A stretch of DNA of 64,000 bases from Williopsis jadinii (taxonomy: Eukaryota). Of this stretch, positions 54,886-64,000 are shown in pieces. The stretch's first letter is position 1. Every line of letters begins with the position of its first letter. Location of the stretch: assembly GCA_024346625.1 (NCBI GenBank), contig AP024664.1, positions 3,720,001 through 3,784,000 of the forward strand, read 5' to 3'. Under the pieces are notes generated by a model. The model saw only the letters and a program-made list of their open reading frames with translations, had not been told where the DNA came from and made no database searches. A program made the position numbers and the translations under genes.

Positions 54886-57237
54886 TCATACAATGTCCCT
54901 GTACAGGGCATCTCCAATCAGTAGCACCTTCTTCATGTCTTCAACATCATGGACACGAACAATGTCGGACTGATAGCCAATACATGACATGATCACAGCA
55001 CCTGTAGTGAGCACTCTTTCAGCAGGGATCTTCTCATTGGTGAGAGTACCAATAAACTTCTTTCTCGACGGTCCAACCAAGATTGGTAACCCATCCAGAC
55101 TGTTGTAACGTTTAGTGGACTCGTTATAATTCGAATAGGACTTGATCAAAGGCGTACCTCTGATCAATGCGAGATTCTGTTTGAGGTCTTTAGCAAATCC
55201 TATACCGGGGTCGGTGATGATCTGCCATCTCTTAACGCCTCGGTCTATGGCTTTCTCATACTGGACGCAAAGCTCCCTGGCCACTGCTTTCAGCAGGATA
55301 TCCTCGTCATGGTTGTAGTTTGATTGACAACGGGTGTACTCAACCAAGTCAGGATCATCATTCGCAGTGTATTGGTTCAACTTTGACATGGTATCTGGTG
55401 TCCCCCTTGTATGATTGAGGATATATGGAACTCCAGTTTCAGCAATAACGTCAAACATCTTCTCGTCGTACAATCCACCACTAATATCGTTAATGATATC
55501 AGCACCAGCCTCTATAGAATCTGATGCCACACTGGCTCGATACGTATCAATGCTGATGATGACGTTTTTCAAGTCCTCGTCAGTATGTGATCTAATGGCC
55601 TTGACAATTGGAACAACACGTTCCCATTCTTCCTCTGCAGATGGTGCAATGGACCCAGGTCTGGTAGAGACTCCTCCAATATCGATGATATCTACGCCTG
55701 ATTTCACCATTTGAAGGGCATTCTCAAGAGCAATGTCCAATTCGGCATTCACCCCACCGTCACTGAAAGAGTCTGGTGTTGTGTTTAGGATACCCATCAG
55801 ATAGGTACGGTGTGATTGTCCTAACAGATCAAAGGTTAGCTGACGTGGAGTTGGTCGAGTGAAGTACTTATTCTGTAATGGTACATGCACAGATAACTCA
55901 TTCGACTTCTGCTTTGTTTGATCAACTTTTGAAGCATAGAGCTGTTTCAAATGGTTGTGGTAAGGCTCTGCGGTGACTGGATGGATCTGCTCTGGTGGAA
56001 TAAGTTCACACAATGGTTGCAACACAAATGTTCTTTCAATCATTCTCATATGTGGAATGACCAAGTCAGGCTCGTTTAACACGAGATCATCGTACAACAG
56101 AATGTCTAGATCGATAGATCTCGGGCCGTTATCTATGAGTTTGGTACGTCCAAGCGTTTCATATTCAATGCTTTTCAAATGTTTGAGTAACATGTGTGGA
56201 GATGATGTTGTAGAAATCTTCAAAACACCGTTGATGAACTTTGGTTGGTCTAAGAAGTACATTGGTTCAGATTCGTATAGCGACGACGTTGCCAATACAT
56301 CTGTACCTTCAATGGAGTTCAAGGCAACGATGGCTTCGTTGATATTCTGTAATTGATTGCCCACATTGGAACCAAAGGCAATATATGCGGTGTGTTGGCT
56401 CTCAGTATCAGTGTCTATGACAGTGCTTTGCGTTGGCAAGTTGAAGGAGTTTTCATAGTCCAATGGTTTAGCAAGTTCCTTCACGTCAATCTTTGGAACT
56501 CCTTCAAAGTCCTTTGGTGTTCTGGTGACCTGAACACCAACACCATTGGCAAAGGTGATTGCATTGGGCTTCTCCACTCTTGTAACAACCTGTAAGATGT
56601 GGTCAAATTGTAACACGACATGAGAGACACATTCCACGAGAGCTTCAACGGTCTTGAAGTTCGAATTCTCCACATATAGGGCAACGTCCTCGATGATCCT
56701 GTAGACATCGACATCTGAATGCGATATGGAGATGTCCAAGTCCAAGGAAACGTACTGCTTTTGGAATCTTTCAAAAGTGAACACTCCTATGATTGTTGGC
56801 ACAGTGAGCGATTTGATAGCGATGAGATCGTTTGTAGTGCTTGGCCTCTGGATAACACCATTGGACTTCACTCTTGAGACGATTGCCTGTATTTCTTTGG
56901 CTTTAATCTCGGTCTTCTTACCACTGATGACGACTTTGGATTCATTCCCTCCACCTCTCTTCTCATCGAGCACCACCTCTGACACTCTGTTGGCAACGTT
57001 TATGAACGACTTGAAGTTTGTGCCTCTGTTCTTCTCAAAGAACTCCAGCACGTTTCTGGATATCACTGCATAGTTCAGAGAGTGTTTCAAATCATCCGAC
57101 ACACTCGAGGCCTTGAAATCGGTTTGCAGGCTAATAGAAACTTCCAGAGGCTGAATCGTCGGCCTCTTCCAGTAGTCCCTACCTGTGATGCCTTGCACCT
57201 GTAGCTTGTCTATGAGAACCAGATCCCTGGAGCTCAT
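54886..57237 (-). CDS. FOL1: Trifunctional folate enzyme (DHNA-DHNA-HPPK-DHPS)
   Basis: SLNYAVIS, AYIAFGSNVG, GPRSIDLDIL, MGILNTTPDSFSDGG, DPGIGF, RVHDV. Confidence 0.97.
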   Translation of the reverse strand: MSSRDLVLIDKLQVQGITGRDYWKRPTIQPLEVSISLQTDFKASSVSDDLKHSLNYAVISRNVLEFFEKNRGTNFKSFINVANRVSEVVLDEKRGGGNESKVVISGKKTEIKAKEIQAIVSRVKSNGVIQRPSTTNDLIAIKSLTVPTIIGVFTFERFQKQYVSLDLDISISHSDVDVYRIIEDVALYVENSNFKTVEALVECVSHVVLQFDHILQVVTRVEKPNAITFANGVGVQVTRTPKDFEGVPKIDVKELAKPLDYENSFNLPTQSTVIDTDTESQHTAYIAFGSNVGNQLQNINEAIVALNSIEGTDVLATSSLYESEPMYFLDQPKFINGVLKISTTSSPHMLLKHLKSIEYETLGRTKLIDNGPRSIDLDILLYDDLVLNEPDLVIPHMRMIERTFVLQPLCELIPPEQIHPVTAEPYHNHLKQLYASKVDQTKQKSNELSVHVPLQNKYFTRPTPRQLTFDLLGQSHRTYLMGILNTTPDSFSDGGVNAELDIALENALQMVKSGVDIIDIGGVSTRPGSIAPSAEEEWERVVPIVKAIRSHTDEDLKNVIISIDTYRASVASDSIEAGADIINDISGGLYDEKMFDVIAETGVPYILNHTRGTPDTMSKLNQYTANDDPDLVEYTRCQSNYNHDEDILLKAVARELCVQYEKAIDRGVKRWQIITDPGIGFAKDLKQNLALIRGTPLIKSYSNYNESTKRYNSLDGLPILVGPSRKKFIGTLTNEKIPAERVLTTGAVIMSCIGYQSDIVRVHDVEDMKKVLLIGDALYRDIV

Positions 57238-57764
57238 GAATCTATACTCACGTGCTTGTTAGTCTCTCGTGTCATTCGAACTGACGATACCGAGTTCATG
57301 ATACAATACCTTTTCAATGCTGTTGTACGCTTGGTTGAAGTCAGGAGGGAGACTGACTTGTTTCTTATCAGAGAAAACACTTTGAAAGAGAGCTGTTCTT
57401 GCTTTGACGACAAACGAGACAAACAATTGGCCGAATGAACCTCACAAACCGGCTAAAACTTCAATGGGAACTCATTGAGTTTTTTTTTTTATTTTGCGTA
57501 TGGCTTTGAAGTGCTCATCGCCTGTTTCGCAATTTGGCGAAGAACAAAGCGCAAAAAAAGAGAGAACACAGTTTAAGGTTCCAATAGGGAAATATTCGCG
57601 GGGAGAATATGGTGTGTGGGTGTTTGGGTGCTTGGATGTTGTGATGTCCAGGTGTATGGATGTCCGGGTGTTTACATACCGAGAAATTATGGCTCCATCT
57701 CTCGCTCTTCCGAGGAGTTGATGTATGCTCATCGTTCCCCATTGCCCAATTAACGCTCGAAAAC

Positions 57765-59177
57765 ATGTCTATGATCTTTAGAAGAGCACTGGCAAGCGTC
57801 AGCACCAAGAGTGTTGAGCCAAAAGTCGTTGATGTACTGATTGTCGGTGGTGGGCCTGCTGGTCTGACGCTGTCAGCTGCCCTGAAGAACTCGAGAATCA
57901 CCAGGGATTTGAACATCCAGCTCGTTGAAGGATTCAAACTGGATGGCGTCAAGAGCTTCTATGAGGAAACACCAGAGCTGCTGACCAACAGGGTGAGCTC
58001 GTTGACACCACAGTCCGTGGAGTTCCTCCAAAGAATTGGTGCCTGGAAGTTCATCAGACAGGAAAGGGTACAACCTTATGACGGGATGGTTGTCACTGAA
58101 GGGCTCAGCGACGCCAGATTGAGCTTTGACCATCCTGAAATTGCCACGATGTGTGAGAACGTCAACTTGCAATCATCGCTATACCAGAGAATCAAGGAGT
58201 TGGAGTCGCAGACCCCGGAGGGAGAAACGTTTGGCCTTGACATTAAGGACGATACAAAAGTCACGTCAATCACCAAAGATGAATCCAACGATTGGCCAAT
58301 AGTACACTTGTCCAATGGAGAATCCATCAAGACACGCTTACTCGTTGGAGCTGACGGGTTCAACTCCCCTGTGCGTAAGTTTTCAGGGATCGAATCAAGA
58401 GGCTGGTTCTACAACAGATTCGGAACCGTCGCCACGGTCAAGCTGGAGTACGCACCATTTGTATCATGTGCATGGCAGAGATTCTTGCCTACTGGTCCAA
58501 TTGCTCTGCTGCCAATGCCGGATGACAACGCAACCATGGTTTGGTCTACGACTCCAGAGCTTTCGGAGCTGTTGACCAAAGTTGAGCCAGAACTGTTTGT
58601 TAGTCTTGCCAATGCTGCCTTCCTGTTGAACAACGTTGACATGGAGTACTACTACCAGTGTCTAAGAAAGGGCGAGACAGAAGGCCTCGTTGACGACATC
58701 CAGTGGAGAATTGACCACATGACGCAGAAATTCACAGAGGAAGAGCTTGATGAGAAGTTCCCCGTGAAGATCATCTCAGTACAGGACAAGTCCAGGGCTC
58801 GCTTCCCATTGAGACTCTCACACGCAGACACCTACGTCGCTGACAGAATCGCACTCGTAGGAGACGCTGCTCACACTACACATCCACTGGCTGGTCAAGG
58901 CCTCAACATGGGACAAGGCGACGTCCAAGCCCTGGTGAATGCCCTGGAACAGGGCATCACCAGAGGGCTCGACATCGGCAATCTGCTGGTACTGGAGCCA
59001 TTCTGGGCCGATAGATACCCGGAGAACAACCTGCTGTTAGGCGTTGTCGATAAACTGCACAAGCTGTACGCATGTACCAGCGAGCCAATCGTGGCATTGA
59101 GAAGCTTTGGCTTAAATGCAGTCAACCAGTTAACACTGTTGAAGGACTTCATGATTGGCCACGTCTCTGGTAAATAA
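57765..59177 (+). CDS. COQ6: Ubiquinone biosynthesis FAD monooxygenase
   Basis: IVGGGPAG, LLVGADG, AWQRFLPTGP, LVGDAAHTTHPLAGQGLNMG; presequence-like MSMIFRRALAS. Confidence 0.96.
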   Translation: MSMIFRRALASVSTKSVEPKVVDVLIVGGGPAGLTLSAALKNSRITRDLNIQLVEGFKLDGVKSFYEETPELLTNRVSSLTPQSVEFLQRIGAWKFIRQERVQPYDGMVVTEGLSDARLSFDHPEIATMCENVNLQSSLYQRIKELESQTPEGETFGLDIKDDTKVTSITKDESNDWPIVHLSNGESIKTRLLVGADGFNSPVRKFSGIESRGWFYNRFGTVATVKLEYAPFVSCAWQRFLPTGPIALLPMPDDNATMVWSTTPELSELLTKVEPELFVSLANAAFLLNNVDMEYYYQCLRKGETEGLVDDIQWRIDHMTQKFTEEELDEKFPVKIISVQDKSRARFPLRLSHADTYVADRIALVGDAAHTTHPLAGQGLNMGQGDVQALVNALEQGITRGLDIGNLLVLEPFWADRYPENNLLLGVVDKLHKLYACTSEPIVALRSFGLNAVNQLTLLKDFMIGHVSGK

Positions 59178-59360
59178 AACCACGTATATAAAGACGACAC
59201 ACTTGTAAATTGGCTAGGATGAGCTCTGTAGTGCAGAGGTAGTGCCCGGTACATTCTACACGGTTCAAATGGAGGGCTTCGCATCATCAACATCAACATC
59301 AACATCAACATCATCACGTGCCTTGCTCCTAGTAGGACATATATATACGGAGCCTGTGAG

Positions 59361-60447
59361 ATGAGCATTCTACTCCAGACGTCAATTGGTTCGTATACAT
59401 CGTTGTGGGCGATTGGCTGACACATACTAACGTACCACGTTTGTAGGCAACTTGGTGATTGACCTGTATACCAAGGATTCCCCTGTGGAGTGCACGAACT
59501 TCATCAAACTGTGCAAGTTGAAGTACTACACGTTTGCACCTTTCTATTACGTCAAGAGGGATCTGCTTGGGGAGTTTGGCGACCCCTTGTATCCCCTGTC
59601 GAAGCAAGGTCGAAGCGTTTGGAGCGTTGTTGATGCTGATATGCCTGCGCAGTTCAAACTGCACCGGAATGGGAAACGGCCAATTCATAAGGGTGATGTC
59701 TCCTTCAGGGTGACGAGCCAGGTGTCCAACGAGCAGTTTGGCACGTCTATCGTATCGATTACGCTTGGAGATTTAGACCCACGCAAGGGAACACTACCGG
59801 GCGTTGTCTTTGGTAAAGTTGTTGAAGGACTGGACATTTTGGACAAGCTGAACAAAGCCATTGTGGATGGTGAGTTTCGTCCACTACAGGACATTAGAAT
59901 ACACCGTACGTATGTCCTGGATGATCCGTTTGAGGATATCAGTGGGATGAGTGGAGATGTGCCTCCAACTCCTGAGCCATCAGAGGAACAGATCTCCACC
60001 ATCAGATTGGACGATGTTGAGCAAGTTAAGCTTGAAGACGAGGCTCACGAAATGACACAGGAGGAGATCAGAGAGAGGAAGCAGCGAGAGGCACTGTCCA
60101 AGGCTCTCACGCTGGAGATCATTGGTGATCTGCCGTCTGCTGAGGCCAAGCCGATGGAGAACGTGCTCTTTGTATGTAAACTGAACAGGCTCACGAGGGA
60201 CGAGGATTTGGAGACGATATTCGCAAGGTTTGGAGCCATAACATCGTGTGAAGTGATCAGGGACAAGTCTACTGGGGAGTCGTTACAGTATGCCTTCGTG
60301 GAATATGAGGACAAGAAGAGCTGCGAAGCTGCGTACTTCAAGATGGACGGGGCGTTGATTGATGATCGAAGAATCCATGTTGATTTCAGTCAGAGTGTGT
60401 CGAAATTAGCCAATGTATGGCAGAAGCAGAGGGTGTTGAGACGTTAG
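59361..60447 (+). CDS. Cyclophilin-RRM protein (PPIL4/Rct1-like); 2 exons (59361-59388, 59447-60447)
   Basis: Intron GTTCGT...TACTAAC...TAG gives MSILLQTSIGNLVIDLY; NFIKLCK, VFGKVVEG; RRM ENVLFVCKLN...YAFVEY...IDDRRIHVDFSQSV. Confidence 0.9.
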
Positions 60448-60464
60448 AGGAGGTTGTAAATAGA

Positions 60465-60845
60465 GCTCATTGTCGTTATAAAAGAGGCTACAAGGAGGCT
60501 AATTATCACCGAAAGCAGTCTACGAACAGCTCGTGATCGTAGAACAGGCTCATCATCGTAGAACAGGCTCATCATCACCGCAAAATAGGCTCATCACCAC
60601 CGTAGAACAGTCTACACACAGCTCATCATCGTAGAACAGGCTCATCATCGTAAAACAGGCTCATCACCACCATAATACAGTCTACAGACAGCTCATTGTC
60701 ACCATAAAACAGTCTACCAAAAAGGTATACGGACACTATAAAACACGCTCACCACCTCAAAACAGGCTAATAAACACGCTCTCCACCTCAAAACAGGCTC
60801 ATAAACACGCTCATAACCATAAACCACCCTACAAACAGCTCTCAG
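60465..60845. repeat. Degenerate intergenic minisatellite
   Basis: Many copies of cgtagaacaggctcatcat(c) with acagtctac and aaacacgctc variants. Confidence 0.85.
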
Positions 60846-61150
60846 GCCCAAGTTGCCCATCTCATGAGTGAAAAATTTTACAGTTGCTATGCTCTTCGGC
60901 ATCTCGGAGAAGGAAAGTTTCTTTTTATGCATTCCCCGAGGCGTTTGACACATTATTTTTTTTTCACTTCTTCACACCTTTTCACATATCAAAGGAAAGC
61001 TGGTTATATTCCACAGTATCAGCTGAAGGGAGAGTTGTAGGCATTCATACTCACTTCACAGTCACTAGCTACGATACACATAGTCCTTGATCAGAGAGCT
61101 GTCCTCTATACTGTGCTAGATAGGTGTTGTCGGCAAGAGAAGCGTTCGTA

Positions 61151-62368
61151 ATGCCGTCTCCGACCAGCTTCTATCGGTATATGATGCTTATGACGTCTGG
61201 GTTCATCGCCACGGCCGGATATACGAGATCAATGGTGCTCCTGGAGTCGTCGAGAGGATGCGATAAGGATGATGGGGACAACAGCGACGATGCGTCCACG
61301 GAAGACACGCTGAGGGTGCTGAGACAGTGGTTCCAGTGGTCGAAAGTTGCTCACACGACCGACGCCGAGGTGCTGATCAAGGAACAAAATTCGAACAATG
61401 GGCCTTTAATCAACGAGCTCAGGCTGAAGGAGAAGTACGCTGCGCCAAAGTACCCCGTTGTGCTCTGCCATGGGCTTTCAGGCTTTGATAAGCTGATGGT
61501 TATACCTTCTCCTGCCTATCTAATAGGCCTTAGCAAGCATAATCCCTCCGCAAGAAGAGACTTTATAGTTGCTGACAGGGACGGAGTTGCGCTGGAATAT
61601 TGGTATGGGATCAAGGAGGCCTTGGAGTCCAAGGGAACAACTGTGATGGTTGCGAAGGTGCCTGGCTTTGGAAGCATCGAGGAGAGGGCCTCCATCTTGA
61701 ACGACTTCATCACCAAAGAAGTGGAAAGATTGAGACACAGGCCTAAGGATGACATCTATAATGCTCAAAATCAAAGTGAGCAAACGTTCAAGCAAAAAGG
61801 TGAGAAGATGAAGATCAACCTGGTGGCTCACTCAATGGGTGGGTTGGATGCTCGTTACCTCATCTCCGAGTTGGAGAATGCAAACTATGAAGTGGTCAGC
61901 CTGACTACAGTAACAACACCTCATAGAGGCTCAGAGATGGCTGACTACGTATTGGACTTATCTGAGAAGCTTCCCAACAGGGTCCAGATACCACTGCCAC
62001 CAAGTTTCAAGCAGTTGACGACTGAGCATATGAAGAGGTTCAACCAGCAAGTTAAAGACGACCCCAAAGTTCACTACTTCAGTTACGGTGCAGAGTTCAA
62101 CCCTGCTTGGTACAACATCTTCTACGCAAGCTGGAGTATAATAAACTCCAGAGCTGGTCCTAACGATGGAATGGTGAGTGTAGAATCGTCTAAATGGGGC
62201 AGCTATCTAGGTACTCTGATGAACGTTGACCATCTGGATCTCATCAACTGGACAAATGGGTTTAAACAGATTATGAGTTCATTAACACCAGGTGCAAGAG
62301 GTCCTCAGATCGATAGTGTTGCCTTGTACCTGGAAATAGCAGACAACCTTGCCAAAAGAGGCCTCTAG
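61151..62368 (+). CDS. TGL2: Triacylglycerol lipase Tgl2-like
   Basis: PVVLCHGLSGFD, YWYGI, AHSMGGLD, TPHRGS, NDGMVSV, DHLDLINW; start codon uncertain. Confidence 0.9.
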   Translation: MPSPTSFYRYMMLMTSGFIATAGYTRSMVLLESSRGCDKDDGDNSDDASTEDTLRVLRQWFQWSKVAHTTDAEVLIKEQNSNNGPLINELRLKEKYAAPKYPVVLCHGLSGFDKLMVIPSPAYLIGLSKHNPSARRDFIVADRDGVALEYWYGIKEALESKGTTVMVAKVPGFGSIEERASILNDFITKEVERLRHRPKDDIYNAQNQSEQTFKQKGEKMKINLVAHSMGGLDARYLISELENANYEVVSLTTVTTPHRGSEMADYVLDLSEKLPNRVQIPLPPSFKQLTTEHMKRFNQQVKDDPKVHYFSYGAEFNPAWYNIFYASWSIINSRAGPNDGMVSVESSKWGSYLGTLMNVDHLDLINWTNGFKQIMSSLTPGARGPQIDSVALYLEIADNLAKRGL

Positions 62369-62453
62369 AGACTTCCCAATAGCTTACATGAGAATACAAA
62401 ATAGACTTACACCAGATTATAAATACGTTATATAACCCTGGTTATTATATGCT

Positions 62454-64000
62454 TTAGAATAACAATCCATTGACGATAGAGTCGTAGTCCCGTGAGCAGC
62501 TATCACAGTACGTAGACAGTGCCTCGTTGTCAACTTGTAGCTCTTCGAATGAAACCTTACATAGGTTCAGTTCCGAAATCACAAAACTCTTGTAGTTTCC
62601 TGCGACGAGCTCCATCTCCACCTTCTCCAAGATCTTCAGCTGGATGAGAAGGTCGTTTCTCTTTAGAGCGATTTGGTGCCTTGGTTCTCTCAGTTCACCG
62701 AGGTGTAAAGAACCGTCATCTAAGGATGATATAAACTTCTTGAAACAGCCTGAAGAAGAGTTGAAGTTGAAAGAGGTCAATATCTCCATATCATCTAAAG
62801 AAATCGCACGATCCATAGAGGTTGTGAGTATTTGTTCACTAACACTTTTGACCAGTTTAGCCGAGTTCTTGGTACTCCAGTAGGCATAAGTTGATCTCCC
62901 CATCAGAAAGAAGTTGAAGACAACAGATAAAGCAAGAAGAGCTATCAGCAATTTGTTCATCGTCACACTCAGCACAAATCTCGATACAAGGTCGGATATG
63001 TGATGACCAGCGTTCAATATGCCCTTAGCCAAACAATATAACCAATATCTCACATAGTACTTGAACAACATCTGGAGAGTTAGGTCAAACACCATGTCAT
63101 CCTTTGGTCTATAGTCAACATCAGATTGGCTCAAGTTACCGTATGTTCTGATAGCTTTAATAACTTGGCCATGAGTTCCTAAACCGGCAACACAGTGTCT
63201 TAATTGATCCACGAGAGAGTTTATTTCCTTGATTTGGAAGTGCTTTGTAATCTTCGAAAAGAACTTGGTGATAAGTCTGCTTGTCTTTCCTTTGGTGAAG
63301 TTGAATTTTGTATAGAACAGAACTTTACAGCTCTTTGCATCGGTCTCGATGATGATGATTTTTCGAATTGCACTGAATCTACTCCCTCCAAGGACCTGAA
63401 CTGCATCCCTCACCTCTTGGATTCGATAGTACTTGTTATCAACAAGTTCTTCAACCGTCTGGATTGATCTATTATCAACACTAGAATCATGCCGTGAAAA
63501 TCCGCTAATCATGTTCCTTGATAGTTCAATCTTGTAGTCCAAAACCCTTGTCAGCTTTTCACCTTCTTTAAACCAGGGAGAAATGTTGAACTGATCTGTA
63601 TCGATAAGTGCAATAGAGTCCCGTGCTAGAGAGGAATGGTCACCGTAAAGGATATGGAAGACAGCCTTTGCTGGTGCCCTGAAATTGGCAACCTTTGTGA
63701 GTTCGAACTCGTTTTGGTAATTAGTCTTCATTTTGCTACCTGAGGCAGGGACTCCTGTAAAAGGTTGGAATGAGTTCAGTTCGTCATACTTTTTGGAAGG
63801 AGCATCGTCTGTATCAGAACTCTTCACAGAACTTTCCGTGTTCTTTACAGCTTCCTCAGAATGCATCGCCTCAATCAAGGGAATGATTTCTGCTTGTGTT
63901 TTTGGTTTCGTTCTTGCAACGTTATTTATCAATAGATCAAACTTCTTCTGTAGCAGCTTACCATCTTGCATGAAGAGCCGGCCCTTCATGCTTAACCCAT
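62454..64000 (-). CDS. SIP3: C-terminal part of a Sip3/Lam1-type sterol transfer protein (StART-like domain + TM); 5' end lies beyond the window
   Basis: APAKAVFHILYGD, GQVIKAIRTYG, TM LLIALLALSVVFNFFLMGRSTYAYW, terminal YCDSC; synteny with FOL1. Confidence 0.8.
   Translation of the reverse strand, partial: GLSMKGRLFMQDGKLLQKKFDLLINNVARTKPKTQAEIIPLIEAMHSEEAVKNTESSVKSSDTDDAPSKKYDELNSFQPFTGVPASGSKMKTNYQNEFELTKVANFRAPAKAVFHILYGDHSSLARDSIALIDTDQFNISPWFKEGEKLTRVLDYKIELSRNMISGFSRHDSSVDNRSIQTVEELVDNKYYRIQEVRDAVQVLGGSRFSAIRKIIIIETDAKSCKVLFYTKFNFTKGKTSRLITKFFSKITKHFQIKEINSLVDQLRHCVAGLGTHGQVIKAIRTYGNLSQSDVDYRPKDDMVFDLTLQMLFKYYVRYWLYCLAKGILNAGHHISDLVSRFVLSVTMNKLLIALLALSVVFNFFLMGRSTYAYWSTKNSAKLVKSVSEQILTTSMDRAISLDDMEILTSFNFNSSSGCFKKFISSLDDGSLHLGELREPRHQIALKRNDLLIQLKILEKVEMELVAGNYKSFVISELNLCKVSFEELQVDNEALSTYCDSCSRDYDSIVNGLLF

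Noticed and set aside
60465..60845. CRISPR-like array
   Set aside because: Eukaryotic context, degenerate contiguous units without unique spacers, and no cas genes.

Overview
This is a gene-dense chromosome segment from a budding yeast (Saccharomycotina). CTG sits at conserved Leu positions, e.g. in SRP54, so the standard code applies. The window spans a mating-type locus. Gene order: SRP54, SHE3-like, ASA1, an unknown 283-aa gene, a ~4-kb gene-free region, a Zn2Cys6 factor, DIC1, two tandem RNase III/dsRBD genes, PEP1/VPS10, CWC25, SUI1, SLA2, MATalpha1, MATalpha2, an extra HMG-box gene, VPS75, RPA49, JJJ3, YJR098C-like hydrolase, MPA43, RAD50, Cys-tRNA synthetase, NRD1, MRPL17, TEX1, RTC4, GIS2, FOL1, COQ6, a cyclophilin-RRM gene, TGL2 and SIP3 (partial). 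MATalpha2 is only fragmentary in the ORF track and was rebuilt by hand from 6 exons. Most genes are conserved MAT neighbours. Highlights: (1) a tandem pair of Rnt1/Dcr1-like RNase III genes, one with intact acidic catalytic residues and one apparently dead, both with mitochondrial-presequence-like N-termini; (2) an unexplained HMG-box gene in the AT-rich MATalpha region with three perfect Ste12-type TGAAACA sites upstream; (3) a 5-intron alpha2 with a 15-nt micro-exon and an S. cerevisiae-like Mcm1-interaction motif; (4) an apparent inversion of the CWC25-SUI1-SLA2-MAT block, with the novel genes at its two ends. I found no MATa genes, large inverted repeats, tRNAs or transposons. All assignments come from motif recognition by eye, with no database searches.
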